Shown piece after piece: positions 1-11,622 of a stretch of DNA of 64,000 bases (the first letter of the stretch is position 1; every line of letters starts with the position of its first letter). This DNA is from Utricularia gibba (Eukaryota > Plantae > Magnoliophyta). The stretch is taken from assembly GCA_002189035.1 (NCBI GenBank), contig NEEC01000018.1, positions 1,798,001-1,862,000 on the forward strand, read 5' to 3'. Below the pieces are notes generated by a model, which saw only the letters and a list, made by a program, of their open reading frames with translations, was not told the DNA's origin and ran no database searches. The position numbers and the translations under genes were made by a program.

Positions 1-399
1 ATTCCCTTCGACTCATACCTGGAGCTGTTGAAGCCACTTGGTGTACTTGCTTTGGTTGGATACCCAAACAAAGTAGTTGCTGATCCAGGAAACCTTCTGT
101 TAGGTAAAACAACCCTGCTCTTCTTTCATGACGAATCTTAACAATTACCACTGTGTATGAATCAGTTGGCTGGCAAACTGAGACGAATGGCTTGTCACAC
201 AGGTTCAAGATCAATCGCAGGAAGTGCGACGGGCGGATTGAAACAGACGCAAGAAATGCTGGACTTCTGTGCTGCCAACAAGATCTACCCTGAGATAGAG
301 AAGATTCCAATCCAGTACTCTAACGAGGCTCTTGAGAGACTGGTGAAAAGAGACGTCAAGTATCGCTTTGTGATCGATGTGGGGAACTCTCTCAAGTGA
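1..399 (+). CDS. 3' end (last two exons, intron after 101) of a cinnamyl alcohol dehydrogenase-family zinc alcohol dehydrogenase; 5' part lies outside the window
   Basis: Translation [62 protein letters not shown] matches the CAD/ELI3 C-terminus (TQEMLDFCA...[10 protein letters not shown]). Confidence 0.85.
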
Positions 400-608
400 G
401 TCCCTCGAATGCTCATATGAATAATGCACCTGCAGTGCTACTTTGTCGTTGACAATCAAGTTCAGTAAAAGAAATAAGGGGATTGTTGCATTTCTGAGTT
501 GTGTAAACACATGTCGAGATTTGTCGTAATGAAACTTGCATCTAAGTTAAAGAGCAAAACTGGAGCATGCACCTTGTGGTAAAAAATGGGGCAGCGAGGG
601 GCACTGGA

Positions 609-3331
609 TCATCGTCTCTTGTGCTTGGATTTCCCTTTGTCCATAGCACCAACGTAGTTCCTGACATCATCTTCATCGTCAACATCTTCAGCTCCTCTCT
701 GCTTTCTTTTCTTGTCCTTGCCTTTTTCCTTGATTTTCTGTACACAAGAAAGACAAGTTTTCGTTACATAAGTTGCAACAACTCCCGCTTGTTATGTGGT
801 GAAAAGTGAGACAACAATCACCGCTTGAGCGATTCTTTTTGCATCTTGAACGCGCTCGTATAGGAGTAGAACCTCCTCTTCGAGTGCTGGATACTCTGGT
901 AACTTTTTACCTGAAGAAAGGACACGAAGGCCCGGTACGGTGAAAAGGTGAAGGATTCACTTCAAGAAGAACAAACAAGCTTGGTTAGCTACCTATAAGT
1001 TTCTCTATTTGTAAGTACCACTCCAACTCGTACTGATTCACGAGTGATATAGCGCACCCCGACCTGCCAGCACGAGCGGTTCTCCCTACACGATGTATGT
1101 AGTCCTGCATGGATGAGTTATGAAACGGGTCATTTGGCATGTCTTCAGCTTAATGGAGTGGTTCTTTTGGCAACAAAACAAAGAGGTGAAGGTGAACAGG
1201 AGTGAGTAGAACAGGAACAAGTCTCAAAAAAGGAGAAGAAACGGGTTCTATTACGATGCCATAGAAGAAGAGCATTGACCTTTGAGTTTGTTGGTATGTC
1301 GTAGTTGATGACAACATCTACCGCAGGAATGTCGAGCCCTCTGCTGGCAACGTCAGTGCACACAAGAATTTTGCATTCTCCACCTTTGAACTTGTTCAAG
1401 GCTCCAAGCCTTTTGCTCTGCATTGTAAGGAGAGTTCATGTAGCAATTTTGAAGAGACAAATGATGAAGAAAATCCTGCTTCTGACTTTGGAAACACAAA
1501 TGATTGCAGAATGCACACCTGGGTCAAATGTCCATTAATTGGAATGGATCGAAACCCAAGGTTCCGAAGAAGTTCAGCCAAAAGGATTGTTGCATCACAT
1601 GTTCTAGTGAAAACCATAGACGTGCTTTCTGACATCTCAGTCAGAATATATACAAGGTAGCAGTCCTGGTGCGGGGAAAATGTAAGAAAAAAAATATTGA
1701 AATGGCGCTCCAATATTCTATGGAGAAAACATCAGGATATGCAGACCTTGTGCTTGGCGGGGAGAAATCGATACTGTTGCTTGAGGGTATCTACAGTTGA
1801 GTACTTGCTAGCAGCTTCTATCTAAGATTAGACAAACAAGTGAATAAAAAGGCACTACTTTGCAGCTAATCAATACAGGGAATAAAACTGTGACGAAATG
1901 AACTGAAATTAACCAGCATAATGATACCTTTACAGGATTTTTCAAACAAGCCCTCTGCAACTTCTTAACCTGCAAAAATATAAGAAAGCATGGAGCACAA
2001 TATCTAAGTGACAGAGTCGAAGAGACTATTTACATGGTAAAACTGGCAACGCTTCATGCTATACCTTCTTAGTCATGGTGGCTGAAAATAAAAATGTTCT
2101 CCGTTCACGAGGAATAACATTCAATATTTCATCAATACTCTTCTCAAACTCCTCATTGAGCAGCCTATCCGCTTCATCCAGAACCTTTAAGACAAAAACT
2201 CAGGCTAACTGAATTCCAATCAATCCAACCATGCACAACAAATATACTCAACATGGCACACCGAATGTAGCACTGACTTTGACCGATAGCAGGAAGAATT
2301 AAAGCCCAAATAAGAAAGACAGATCTCACCAAGTATTTCAATGTGCGCAAAGAGAACCCCTTGGTATTTGAAAGGTGGTCAACAAGGCGACCAGGTGTAG
2401 CTACCTAGATTAAATCCACATTAACCAGAAAACTAGAGAATAAAATGCACAAAAAGAATCAAATCTGTGTCAAAAATTTCAGTTTCTAAGATTAGCTTTC
2501 ACCAACCCTTGCAAAGCATTACAAGCATACAAAAAAAAAAAGAGTTTTATGTAGTTCACTCTACACATAAAGGCGCGAAGCATATGCCTCATCGGTGACA
2601 GGGGATACAATCCCACCGTAAGAGCTCATTGTTACCATTAAATAATTCATCTTGTGCAATATTCAATCCATACACAGAGTGATCATGAATTTAATATCCC
2701 TCAATGGGGCAATATCCGCATTCAACATTAACTTATTACGAATGATGCCTAGAAAGAGAAAAATCACAGGTATGCTCAAGAGAAATGAAAAGTAAAAACT
2801 TACAACAATGTGCGGCCGTTTCGCTAAAGCAATCTCTTGCTGTATTGCATCCACGCCTCCCACAAGCTGCAAAATTTCAACCAAACACATTTCAGAATCG
2901 ACTCCAGACTCCTCCGTCCCATACATACGATGCGGGAGTAATCAGCTTACCACAGCACACTTCACACCGATTCCCGCTCCTAACGCTTCGAATTGCTCCG
3001 CAATTTGAATAGCTAGCTCGCGCGTGGGTGAAAGGACACAGGCGAAAAAAGCCTGCGGAGCTTCTAGAAGCGCCTGCAGAATCGGTATCGCAAAAGCTCC
3101 GGTTTTTCCCGATCCTGTTTGCGCTAGCGCAATGATGTCTTTGCCTTCCAATGCCACAGGAATGGACTCCACCTGAATTCTAGTCGGCTTCTCCCAACCC
3201 AAACCCTTACAAGCCTCCGCCAACTCATCGTTGACTCCCAAATCTTTAAACGTCTCCTGTACTTTTTCTTCTCCCAACTCATGACTGACTCCCAAATCTA
3301 CAAATGCGTTCTTCTGTTTTTCTTCCTCCAT
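609..3331 (-). CDS. RH10: DEAD-box RNA helicase RH10 (DDX47/Rrp3-like), multi-exon
   Basis: Motifs [34 protein letters not shown] and [12 protein letters not shown] across GT-AG exons; ATG at 3331; basic C-tail ending KSKHKRR* at 609. Confidence 0.93.
3222..3329. repeat. Imperfect 54-bp tandem duplication in the RH10 first exon
   Basis: AACTCAT..TGACTCCCAAATCT recurs at 3222 and 3276 (period 54); encodes [18 protein letters not shown] / [18 protein letters not shown]. Confidence 0.85.
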
Positions 3332-3500
3332 GATTCTAAGTATCAAAAAGCAGTTCAAATAAACGGAAAAAGCAAAACGAATCAAGCACGACTAAAGAGA
3401 CGCGAAAATAAGCAGCGGCGGCAGCGACGACGGCAGAAGAAAACACGACGCGGCACGACGTTGGTTGCGGACTGAGAAGGAATTATTTCAATTGAGTTCT

Positions 3501-3553
3501 GGCCCAGTTCCATAACAGCCCAAACCCATCTGAATTCTACGGCCCGTGGCCCA
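3501..3553. promoter_or_regulatory. Site II (GGCCCA/AGCCCA) cluster, RH10 promoter
   Basis: GGCCCA at 3501 and 3548 and AGCCCA at 3518, about 170-220 nt upstream of the RH10 ATG; typical of ribosome-biogenesis genes. Confidence 0.6.
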
Positions 3554-3994
3554 AAAAATAATGGAATCAAATAAAAATTAAATTTAACTCATTCTAATTC
3601 CATTATAATATAAAAAATTATAATAACAATAACTTAAATTTCAATCAGTATAAAAAATATAATTTCCAAATTTCAAAATTGGAAAAAATCATACTTTCAA
3701 GTTATCAAAACCGTACAACTAAGATTTAAAATGTTTTCAAATTTTTTTAAAAACAAAACTAATTCATATGAACTAGTTATGATTTCAATTTTTATGTTAT
3801 TCGATTATAATATTAATAAAATTATAATAATAATTATTATTTACTGTATAAAAATTTAAAATAAAAATTAAATTAAAATTCATTCCGCATACTCCATAAT
3901 TTCATTCTTGAAATAATGATGAGCTCTAGGAAGAAGAGGATGGCTAGTGCTTCTACAGGAGATGCCATCGGAGGGTGCCGGAACTCGAGTTTTC

Positions 3995-5958
3995 TCAGTC
4001 GCCGGGATGCATTTTCATGGAATAACCCATGGGATGATGATGATGATGATACATGGGCATGCTCTGCATCGTCGGGTATGAGCCATGGCCGCGATTGATG
4101 GTGCTCGAGTCGTCGTTCTCCTCAACGGAGTCGCCTGAACCACCGCCGGAGGAAGGGCTCGCCCCCGTCGCTGGAATGTTGAAATTTGGCAGGTGTGAAG
4201 GTGGTGTGGTGGAGGCTGCCGGAGCTCTTGGTTTTTTCATGTCTGTGGCGAAACTGCCTACTATGATCTGGAGAACGCAGATGATGATGCATCAGTGGGA
4301 AATGATACGAACAAAGGAGATAAAAGATGGCAACAACGCACCTGAACAGGGGTTGCTGCTTCACAAATTCCTGTCACTGCACCGCCGAACACTCTCCATC
4401 GGAGCCGCCCAGAGACACACTCAGACCACCGTTCTGATCCTGGGTGGCTTTATTCTCCGACGGTGGAAAGGTACCCGACAAAGATATGATCTCGAAACGG
4501 CCCTGCAAACATGTGTAAGTGCCAACTGAATAGTAGAGCTCTGGATTATCTACTTACTTCCATGGATACTGTAACTGAACACAATATGAACTTTCTTCCC
4601 AGAAAAACCAGCATTCAAGAACAGTCCCATATACCTCACTGGAAGATTCATACAGTGTTTTCCCATGAACCAGAACTTAAAACCATGTTGCATATATAAG
4701 TATGAGTAGCAGGTTGCCATTTTGGCAAAAAAGAATGAGGATTAGAATACTCAAGGACAGAGCCTCGCATGTAATGACTGCACAGCGAGTACCTCATAAG
4801 TCACACAACCAGTTGAAGTAGCTGTTTGTCGCAGAGAAACATTACAGACAGAACCAGTGGCAGATAAAATGCAGACAGTACGAGGTCCTTGTTGCGAGAA
4901 AGCCATGATACTTGAAAATATGTCCTGTAAAAACCAAGCCAGAAAAGATTTATATGGCGTCCAGGAGACAGCGTAACTGTAATGTTTCTTCAAAGGTAAG
5001 AAGTGAAATAGCACTAGCAGCAACAAGAATTGATCACTGTAATTTAAAAGAAGTACAGATGGAAAAAATTGCAAGTTGAGTTAAACCAGCAAGAAAATGT
5101 AGCTGATGAATGAAAAGAATAACATCAATTCAAGAAAAGAAAAAATCCACCATTCCATATAAAGCAAGAACCAAGAGAGCCAGATAAGGTTCTTGAATCC
5201 AAAAACGCAAGTTTTATAATGTAGTTTAGTGGATGGCAATGCCCTAATGAAAAAGGTTTAACTTGCATAAAAGAAGAATGCAATGGAGGATACAGGAATC
5301 AGGTATTTACCTCTCCTGAATTTACCATAAGCACATGAGGCGTAAATCCAACTCCCGTCAGCCCTGCCCATACACGAGAAAATTAACCAAGAAGAAGCAG
5401 AGAAAACTTCATAAGATTAGAAATTTGAGCAACCTAGAGCATTTAGTTGCCTTTTCCCGGAGCCAGGGGGCCTCCCTCGATTGCGTTTGGCCGGAGTATC
5501 GGACGACGGGGTCCCGCCGGACTCCAAATGGCCGGCGGCCGAGGAAACCTGAGAACCAGGGCTGATGACAAGGCCAGTCCAATGCTATTATCCGGTGAGT
5601 ATTTTCTCGGTCGACCCCTCTTCTTCTTTGCCGGCTCGATGCCCAGCCAACCGGCGCCGCGCGACCCATCTGAGAACTGTTGATCCAGCGTCTTAGGCAC
5701 TGAGGCGGCAGCAGCAATGGGGTTGAAAGGGAACCTGGGGTTTTGCTGGTGCATCATAGTGGCGTTAGAAGCTGTGGGTGAGACTGAATTGTTGGAGTTG
5801 GGCAGCACATAGGAGCTGGCTGAAGAATAATGTTGGGTTTGCGAGTGCGGAATCATCATAACGCCGTGATGGGCCGGCGGCTGCTGAACACCGTGGTGGT
5901 GGTGCAGGTGGGGGTGGTGGATATGAGGCGGCTGAGAAGAGGAATCGCGGGAATCCAT
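3995..5958 (-). CDS. AT-hook motif nuclear-localized protein, clade B (AHL8/AHL13-like), with two apparent -1 frameshifts
   Basis: Two AT-hooks (KKKRGRPRKY and, after a shift, KRNRGRPPGSGKRQL), GVGFTPHV, PPC domain (GPRTVCILSATG, GRFEIISLSG, LSVSL). Frame breaks at 5559-5561 and 4396-4397. Confidence 0.88.
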
Positions 5959-6465
5959 AGGGCACACCGCAACAACACAACCTCAAGATTGAAACTTTAC
6001 AGCTTGAAATACGACCCAAAACTAGCAGAAATCAAATAATGCAGCTCGATTTGGAGCGAAACTCCGGCTAAAACAAAGTACATACAGAGAGTGACGATAA
6101 AAGCTACAAAAGTAGACTCACAGGCAAAAAAGAGAGGGTTAGTGGGTGCGTAGTGGGGAGCGAGCGAGGGGTTCACAATTGGGGTTTTATACATTCACCC
6201 ACAGTACATTTACTGCTCGTGCTTGCATTTTGTCTCCGTATTCATTATATTCTGAATTTCTTATTACAAAAAGGTACGGAGACATTCCATCATGTCTGAA
6301 TTTTATATCTTGTGTAACAGTTAAAGCAGTTAGTTCATTCAAGGCTTGATTTTTCATAGTGAAGTTAAACCAGGAATTCCTCCCTTTCTTCACTGATTCT
6401 CGTTTCTTCAGCCATCAGGGCCACCGGTTTTATTATTTTTTTTTAATCTGGTTGCCTCAGGGGGG

Positions 6466-9449
6466 ATGATTTCGATGGCGGCGACGCCGATGGGAGTCTC
6501 AGTTTTCAGGGCTCAAGCAGATTCATTGTCTTCTACAAACAAGATTTGGGAGCTGTTGTTTTGCTGCCAATCGAAGAGGGGTGGTCGCCGGAGACGCTGC
6601 GATTTTGGTACCGTCAAGATTCTCAGTTGCAGCATCCATGAAAACATGGGCTCTGACTATGCCTCCACCACGTTTCCATTTACCGACACTGTGGCTCACG
6701 TACGTCATTGCTTTCCTTATCGTGTGGACGAGATTGACTCTTTATGTTTGATCATGAAATCAATTTCGGTAGATTTCTTGACGTATTTGGGTGAGAAGAA
6801 TTATCCATCACTGAAAAAATTGAGCAGGGGAAATGCTGTTCTGCTGATAGATGTAGCTAGAGAATGAGCTTTTTCATTACCATGGTGCTTGTTATTTGGT
6901 TCATTCGATCGGAGACAAGATGTTTATTGTGAAATCTCAAAGGGGGCATCAACTTGTAAATTGCAGATGGGTGATGAGGCATCCGCCATGACTGGAGTCA
7001 GTGTGAATTCTCAAAGAAAAACAAAGATAGTCTGCACCATTGGACCCTCGACTAGCTCCCGTGAAATGATATGGAAGCTTGCGGAGGCCGGAATGAATGT
7101 GGCACGCCTGAACATGTCTCATGGAGACCACGCATCCCATCAGAGAACTATAGATTTCGTGAAGGAATACAATGCACAATTCCATGAGAATGCTGTTGCC
7201 ATAATGCTGGATACCAAGGTGCTTCCTAATATTCCATCTGCTGATGGAATGTGCGTGTTTCTTTTTGACATACGAATAATGTTTACACAGGGACCTGAAG
7301 TTAGAAGCGGGGACGTGCCACAGCCAATCCCTCTCAAGGAGGGGCAAGACTTCAACTTTACAATACAAAGAGGGATCTGTACAGCTGATACTGTTAGTGT
7401 TAACTATGACGACTTTGTGCATGATTGTGATGCTGGAGATATTCTTCTTGTTGATGGTGAGGAAACTGGCCGACAGTGTACCTTCCTGCACACTTCCGGC
7501 TTCTTTGATCTTGGCTTGTGACATTGGAAGGCTAAAAATCTCTTGTAGGAGGTATGATGTCATTCTTTGTTGTCTCAAAGACAGAAGATGTAGTGAAGTG
7601 CAAAGTCATTGATGGTGGAGAGCTCAAGTCGAGGCGCCATCTGAACGTGCGAGGAAAAAGTGCTACTCTGCCTTCAATAACAGGTAAAAATACAACCAAT
7701 CTTTGATTCTTGAATTTATCATTTGCTCATTGAAGGTTACCTTGCAACTCCTCAGACAAGGACTGGGAAGATATCAAGTTCGGTGTGGATAATCGAGTTG
7801 ATTTCTACGCAGTTTCATTTGTGAAGGATGCAGAAGTTGTGCATGAGCTGAAAAGTTATCTCAGGAGTGAGACATTTGTAGCTGTGTTTGGATGTCTTCT
7901 CCCCTGAATACAACCTTGAAATATGTTATACTTTCAGGATGCAACTCAGATGTCCATGTGATTGTGAAGATTGAAAGTGCTGATTCTATACCAAATCTCC
8001 ATTCTATTATCTCAGCTTCTGATGGGGTCAGTAATCGAAATCCTCAGACTACTGGAGATTTCAACTAATGCCGACTGTTGCTTCAATATCACAACAAAAA
8101 CATGCTCTAAAAGTACTGATCTTGGTAGGCAATGGTAGCTCGTGGCGACCTTGGAGCTGAGCTTGCAATTGAGAATGTCCCCTTGTTACAGGTATGTGAT
8201 TCCAGAATTCTGCAACAGATGCTTCTAATTGAGGCTATGGACAGTGCTTATGTTAGCCTCATGGTACACTGCCACGGCTTTTTGATCCTTGAAAATTGGA
8301 CAGATTGTCCCACTGTAGTTGAACAGGAAGATTGTTTCTAATGCTACACAGGAAGATATTATAAGAAGGTGCAGGAGCATGCAGAAACCAGTTATAGTGG
8401 CTACAAACATGCTGGAGAGTATGGTTAACCACCCAACTCCGACGAGGGCAGAGGTTTCCGACATCGCTATTGCTGTTCGGGAAGGTGCAGATGCAGTAAT
8501 GCTTTCAGGAGAAACAGCCCATGGGAAGTGAGTATGAATCCTGCTACTCATTGCATTCATATCTTCCCTTAAACAGATGAAACAAGTTATTTTTTTTTTT
8601 GAACCCCAGATTCCCATTAAAAGCTGTAAAGATGATGCACAATGTAGCATCAAGGACAGAGGCAACCATGAAGAGCACCCTAAGCTCAGGGGATCAAACT
8701 TTGGAGTACAACAAGGTGCACAGAACTTCCCCAGCTTTGATTTATACACTAAAAATGATTGTGATGGTGAAGCTTGAAGAAAATTGTTCTTCTTTTTGTC
8801 ATCCGGATTCTGGCATTTACTTGAACTTTGCAGAAGCATATGAGCGATACCTTTGCATTCCATGCCACCATGATTGCCAACAGACTGGTTACCCCCATCA
8901 TAGTTTTCACAAGAACAGGCTCCATGGCCATAAAACTGAGCCACAAGAGACCTTCTCTTCCTGTATTCGCCTTCACAAACGTGTAAGCCCTCTCCCTTCT
9001 CCCCAGTTCTTCTATTTCTCAAAGATCAGGCGATCTCTGGGCTCCTTCTCCAGGGAGAGGGTGAACCAGCGGCTCAGTCTCTACCATGGTGTTATCCCTG
9101 TGTACATGGAGTTCACAGATGATGTGGAAGAGACCTTCTCACAGGCTCTCAAGCTCCTGCTGGTACGCTTCTCGCTTCTTTACTCTCCCCCTCCCCCTTT
9201 CACTTCTGTAATCCATAAGACGACGGCGAAAGCATGCGTGCTCACAAAGTGGGGTTGCCGTTTGTGTTGAAGCAGAGCAAAGGGGCTGTGGCTGAGGGTC
9301 AGTTCGTGACTCTTGTACAGAGTGGCGCGCAGCCCATCTGGCGGAGGGAGTCCGTACACCAGATCCAGTTACGCATGGTGCCCAACGACGGCCGTTTCCT
9401 TTCAGACCCCCCTGTCCAAAAATCAGGTCATCCATCCCATTTTAATTAA
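6466..9449 (+). CDS. Plastidial pyruvate kinase, beta/isozyme G type, with transit peptide
   Basis: [79 protein letters not shown]. Confidence 0.93.
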
Positions 9450-9455
9450 TAAATA

Positions 9456-9474
9456 ATATATATATATATATATA
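9456..9474. repeat. (AT)n microsatellite just downstream of the pyruvate kinase stop
   Basis: ATATATATATATATATATA read directly. Confidence 0.9.
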
Positions 9475-9626
9475 CATTATTTGTATTTAATAATTATATT
9501 CGAAAATATATATTACAATTTACGAATATATGACTTCTTATTTTTTGACTAGAATAAATAAAATAGGTTTGAGTTGGACCGGCGGGTGAACCGGTTCGGT
9601 TCGGGAAAAAACTCTCAATGGGGACA

Positions 9627-10138
9627 CCCTAAATCTATTGTCTAATTCATCACCTGCTCATTCTGTTCTCTTCTGCTTCTATTTTGTAGCGTAATTAAGT
9701 TTAATTAATCTCACAATTAGTGATACCAAATACCAAGTTCCACATTAATCACTCTAAAAGTCAAGCTGTACGCGGCCACCCTAAACCAAACCCTAAAGTC
9801 TGCATCTTTCTTTTCTCGCTGAAGTTTCAGAATCAACCCTAAACACAATGCAGTTACAGCACTAATGACTAGGAAGTATCAGCATTGATCAGTTGGGCTT
9901 GACTTTGATTGCTCTCATACTTAATACCTCTGGCGGATGTAGTAGTTACTCCCCTGATTCTCTGTTAGACAATTAGGAACCCTAAGGCATCATGGAGTCA
10001 TCTTCATTAAGACTTGAGGGTTTGCACACAAATCTGGCATCAGTTTGGAGACACTCGTCAGGGGTGAGCCATTGCTAAACCCTAAACCCTAAACCTATGT
10101 CGATGCGAATCCGAAAAACTTTCGCATGAAAACCCTAT
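9627..10138 (+). promoter_or_regulatory. Cluster of telo-box / telomere-like (A)ACCCTAA(A) motifs, including a short (CCCTAAA) tandem at 10077-10095
   Basis: ACCCTA cores near 9628, 9779, 9790, 9836, 9980, 10079-10090 and 10132, all on the + strand. Confidence 0.75.
9864..9960 (+). ncRNA. Candidate box C/D snoRNA (25S rRNA guide); canonical box C not found
   Basis: TAGTTACTCCC (9943-9953) directly precedes CTGA (9954-9957) and is the reverse complement of the conserved LSU rRNA sequence GGGAGTAACTA (rRNA sequence recalled). The 5' boundary is a guess. Confidence 0.3.
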
Positions 10139-10266
10139 AAATTGAGTCACATTTGACTTGAGATAAGTGATGGGGCGAAAACAGCCAACTAGTGGTCTTC
10201 ATCCTTTCTCTCAGGTTGGAGGAAGTGTTTATATACTTCACAGTTGTGTGTCCTTGTGTGAAAGAA

Positions 10267-11622
10267 ATGGAGCCTCCAGGCTTAAATGAAGGCTTTTTCA
10301 TTCAAAGGAAGGAGCAGCAGAACTGTCATGGTAGCAAGATGAAGCACATGATGAAGATTCTGCTGCTCATTGTAGCAACCAATCTTGTTACCATCTACTT
10401 CCTGTCTGTAGCTGATTCTCACTTACAGCATTCGGATGCGCAATCGCAATCTTCCGAAAATGGATATGCGGTATCGGCTGCGGTTCTTCTCAATGCTACT
10501 CAGCTCGAGCTCACAGCTTGTAGAACATACATAGATAACTTAAGGAGTGAGCTGAAAAGCTCAAGATCTGAGCTACAAGAGCTCCACTCTCAACTGGATG
10601 GTGAAGAGAAGAACCGAAATTCGAGCTCGGATGGGGTTGGAGGAGGAGATGATCATCTCCTTGAGGATGTGAATGAGGAGACCAAGCTTTCTCTGGGGAA
10701 TCACATACTCCCTTTTGGACGCAATCCCAGATTTGGGAGTACGATCATCTCTTCCTATGGATCAGCCTGCTTGAAGCACAAGGAGGAGCTTGCCAAGTAC
10801 ATGGACTATGAAGTTGGAGGAGAGTGTCCCATGGATGATGTCTCAGCTCAGAAGCTGATGCTTGTGGGGTGCGAGCCACTTCCGAGGAGGAGATGCCATC
10901 CGAAAACTCCCAAAAACTACGTCGAGCCATCTCCCAGAGCACTGAGCATATGGTCAACTCCACCTGATACAAGCATAGTTTGGGACTCATACAGCTGCAA
11001 GAACTATAGCTGCCTGATCAATAGATGGCACCGGCCGGGGACATTCGACTGCAAGGACTGCTTCGACTTGCACAGAAGGGAAGCACATAGATGGCAGCAT
11101 GACAACGATTTCGACTACGGGATAGACAGAGTTCTGGCGATGCGGCGGAACGGAACGATCCGCATTGGCCTCGACATCGGAGGAGGAACGGGGACATTTG
11201 CAGCCCGTATGATGGAGAGAAATGTGACCATCATCACAACTTCCATGAACTTCGATGGTCCCTTCAACAGCTTCATTTCATCTCGGGGGCTGCTGTCACT
11301 GCACATGACCATCTCACAGAGATTTCCCTTCTTTGAGAACACACTAGACATAGTTCACTCAATGCATGTGTTCAGCAGCTGGATCCCAGAGACCATGCTG
11401 GAGTTCATCCTGTATGATATCTACAGGATACTGAGACCTGGTGGGCTATTCTGGCTTGATCACTTCTTCTGTGCGACGGAGAAACTGAACCAAACATATG
11501 TTCCGATGTTCGAACGAGTCAATTTCAAGACCCTGAGGTGGAATATTTGGAGGAAGGCTGACAATGGAGTTTTCAAGAATGAATTATACCTCATTGCTGT
11601 CTTTGAAAAGCCAATGACATGA
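10267..11622 (+). CDS. Intronless SAM-dependent methyltransferase-like type II membrane protein (At1g29790-like)
   Basis: N-terminal TM (KILLLIVATNLVTIYFL), coiled coil, CEPLPRRRC, IRIGLDIGGGTGTFAARM (motif I), YDIYRILRPGGLFWLDHF. Confidence 0.88.
   Translation: MEPPGLNEGFFIQRKEQQNCHGSKMKHMMKILLLIVATNLVTIYFLSVADSHLQHSDAQSQSSENGYAVSAAVLLNATQLELTACRTYIDNLRSELKSSRSELQELHSQLDGEEKNRNSSSDGVGGGDDHLLEDVNEETKLSLGNHILPFGRNPRFGSTIISSYGSACLKHKEELAKYMDYEVGGECPMDDVSAQKLMLVGCEPLPRRRCHPKTPKNYVEPSPRALSIWSTPPDTSIVWDSYSCKNYSCLINRWHRPGTFDCKDCFDLHRREAHRWQHDNDFDYGIDRVLAMRRNGTIRIGLDIGGGTGTFAARMMERNVTIITTSMNFDGPFNSFISSRGLLSLHMTISQRFPFFENTLDIVHSMHVFSSWIPETMLEFILYDIYRILRPGGLFWLDHFFCATEKLNQTYVPMFERVNFKTLRWNIWRKADNGVFKNELYLIAVFEKPMT

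Noticed and set aside
9770-10100. Telomerase RNA gene (template-like CTAAACCCT)
   Set aside because: Only a weak USE-like TTCCACATT at 9738, no correctly spaced TATA, no G-rich 5' end, and several template-like copies rather than one.
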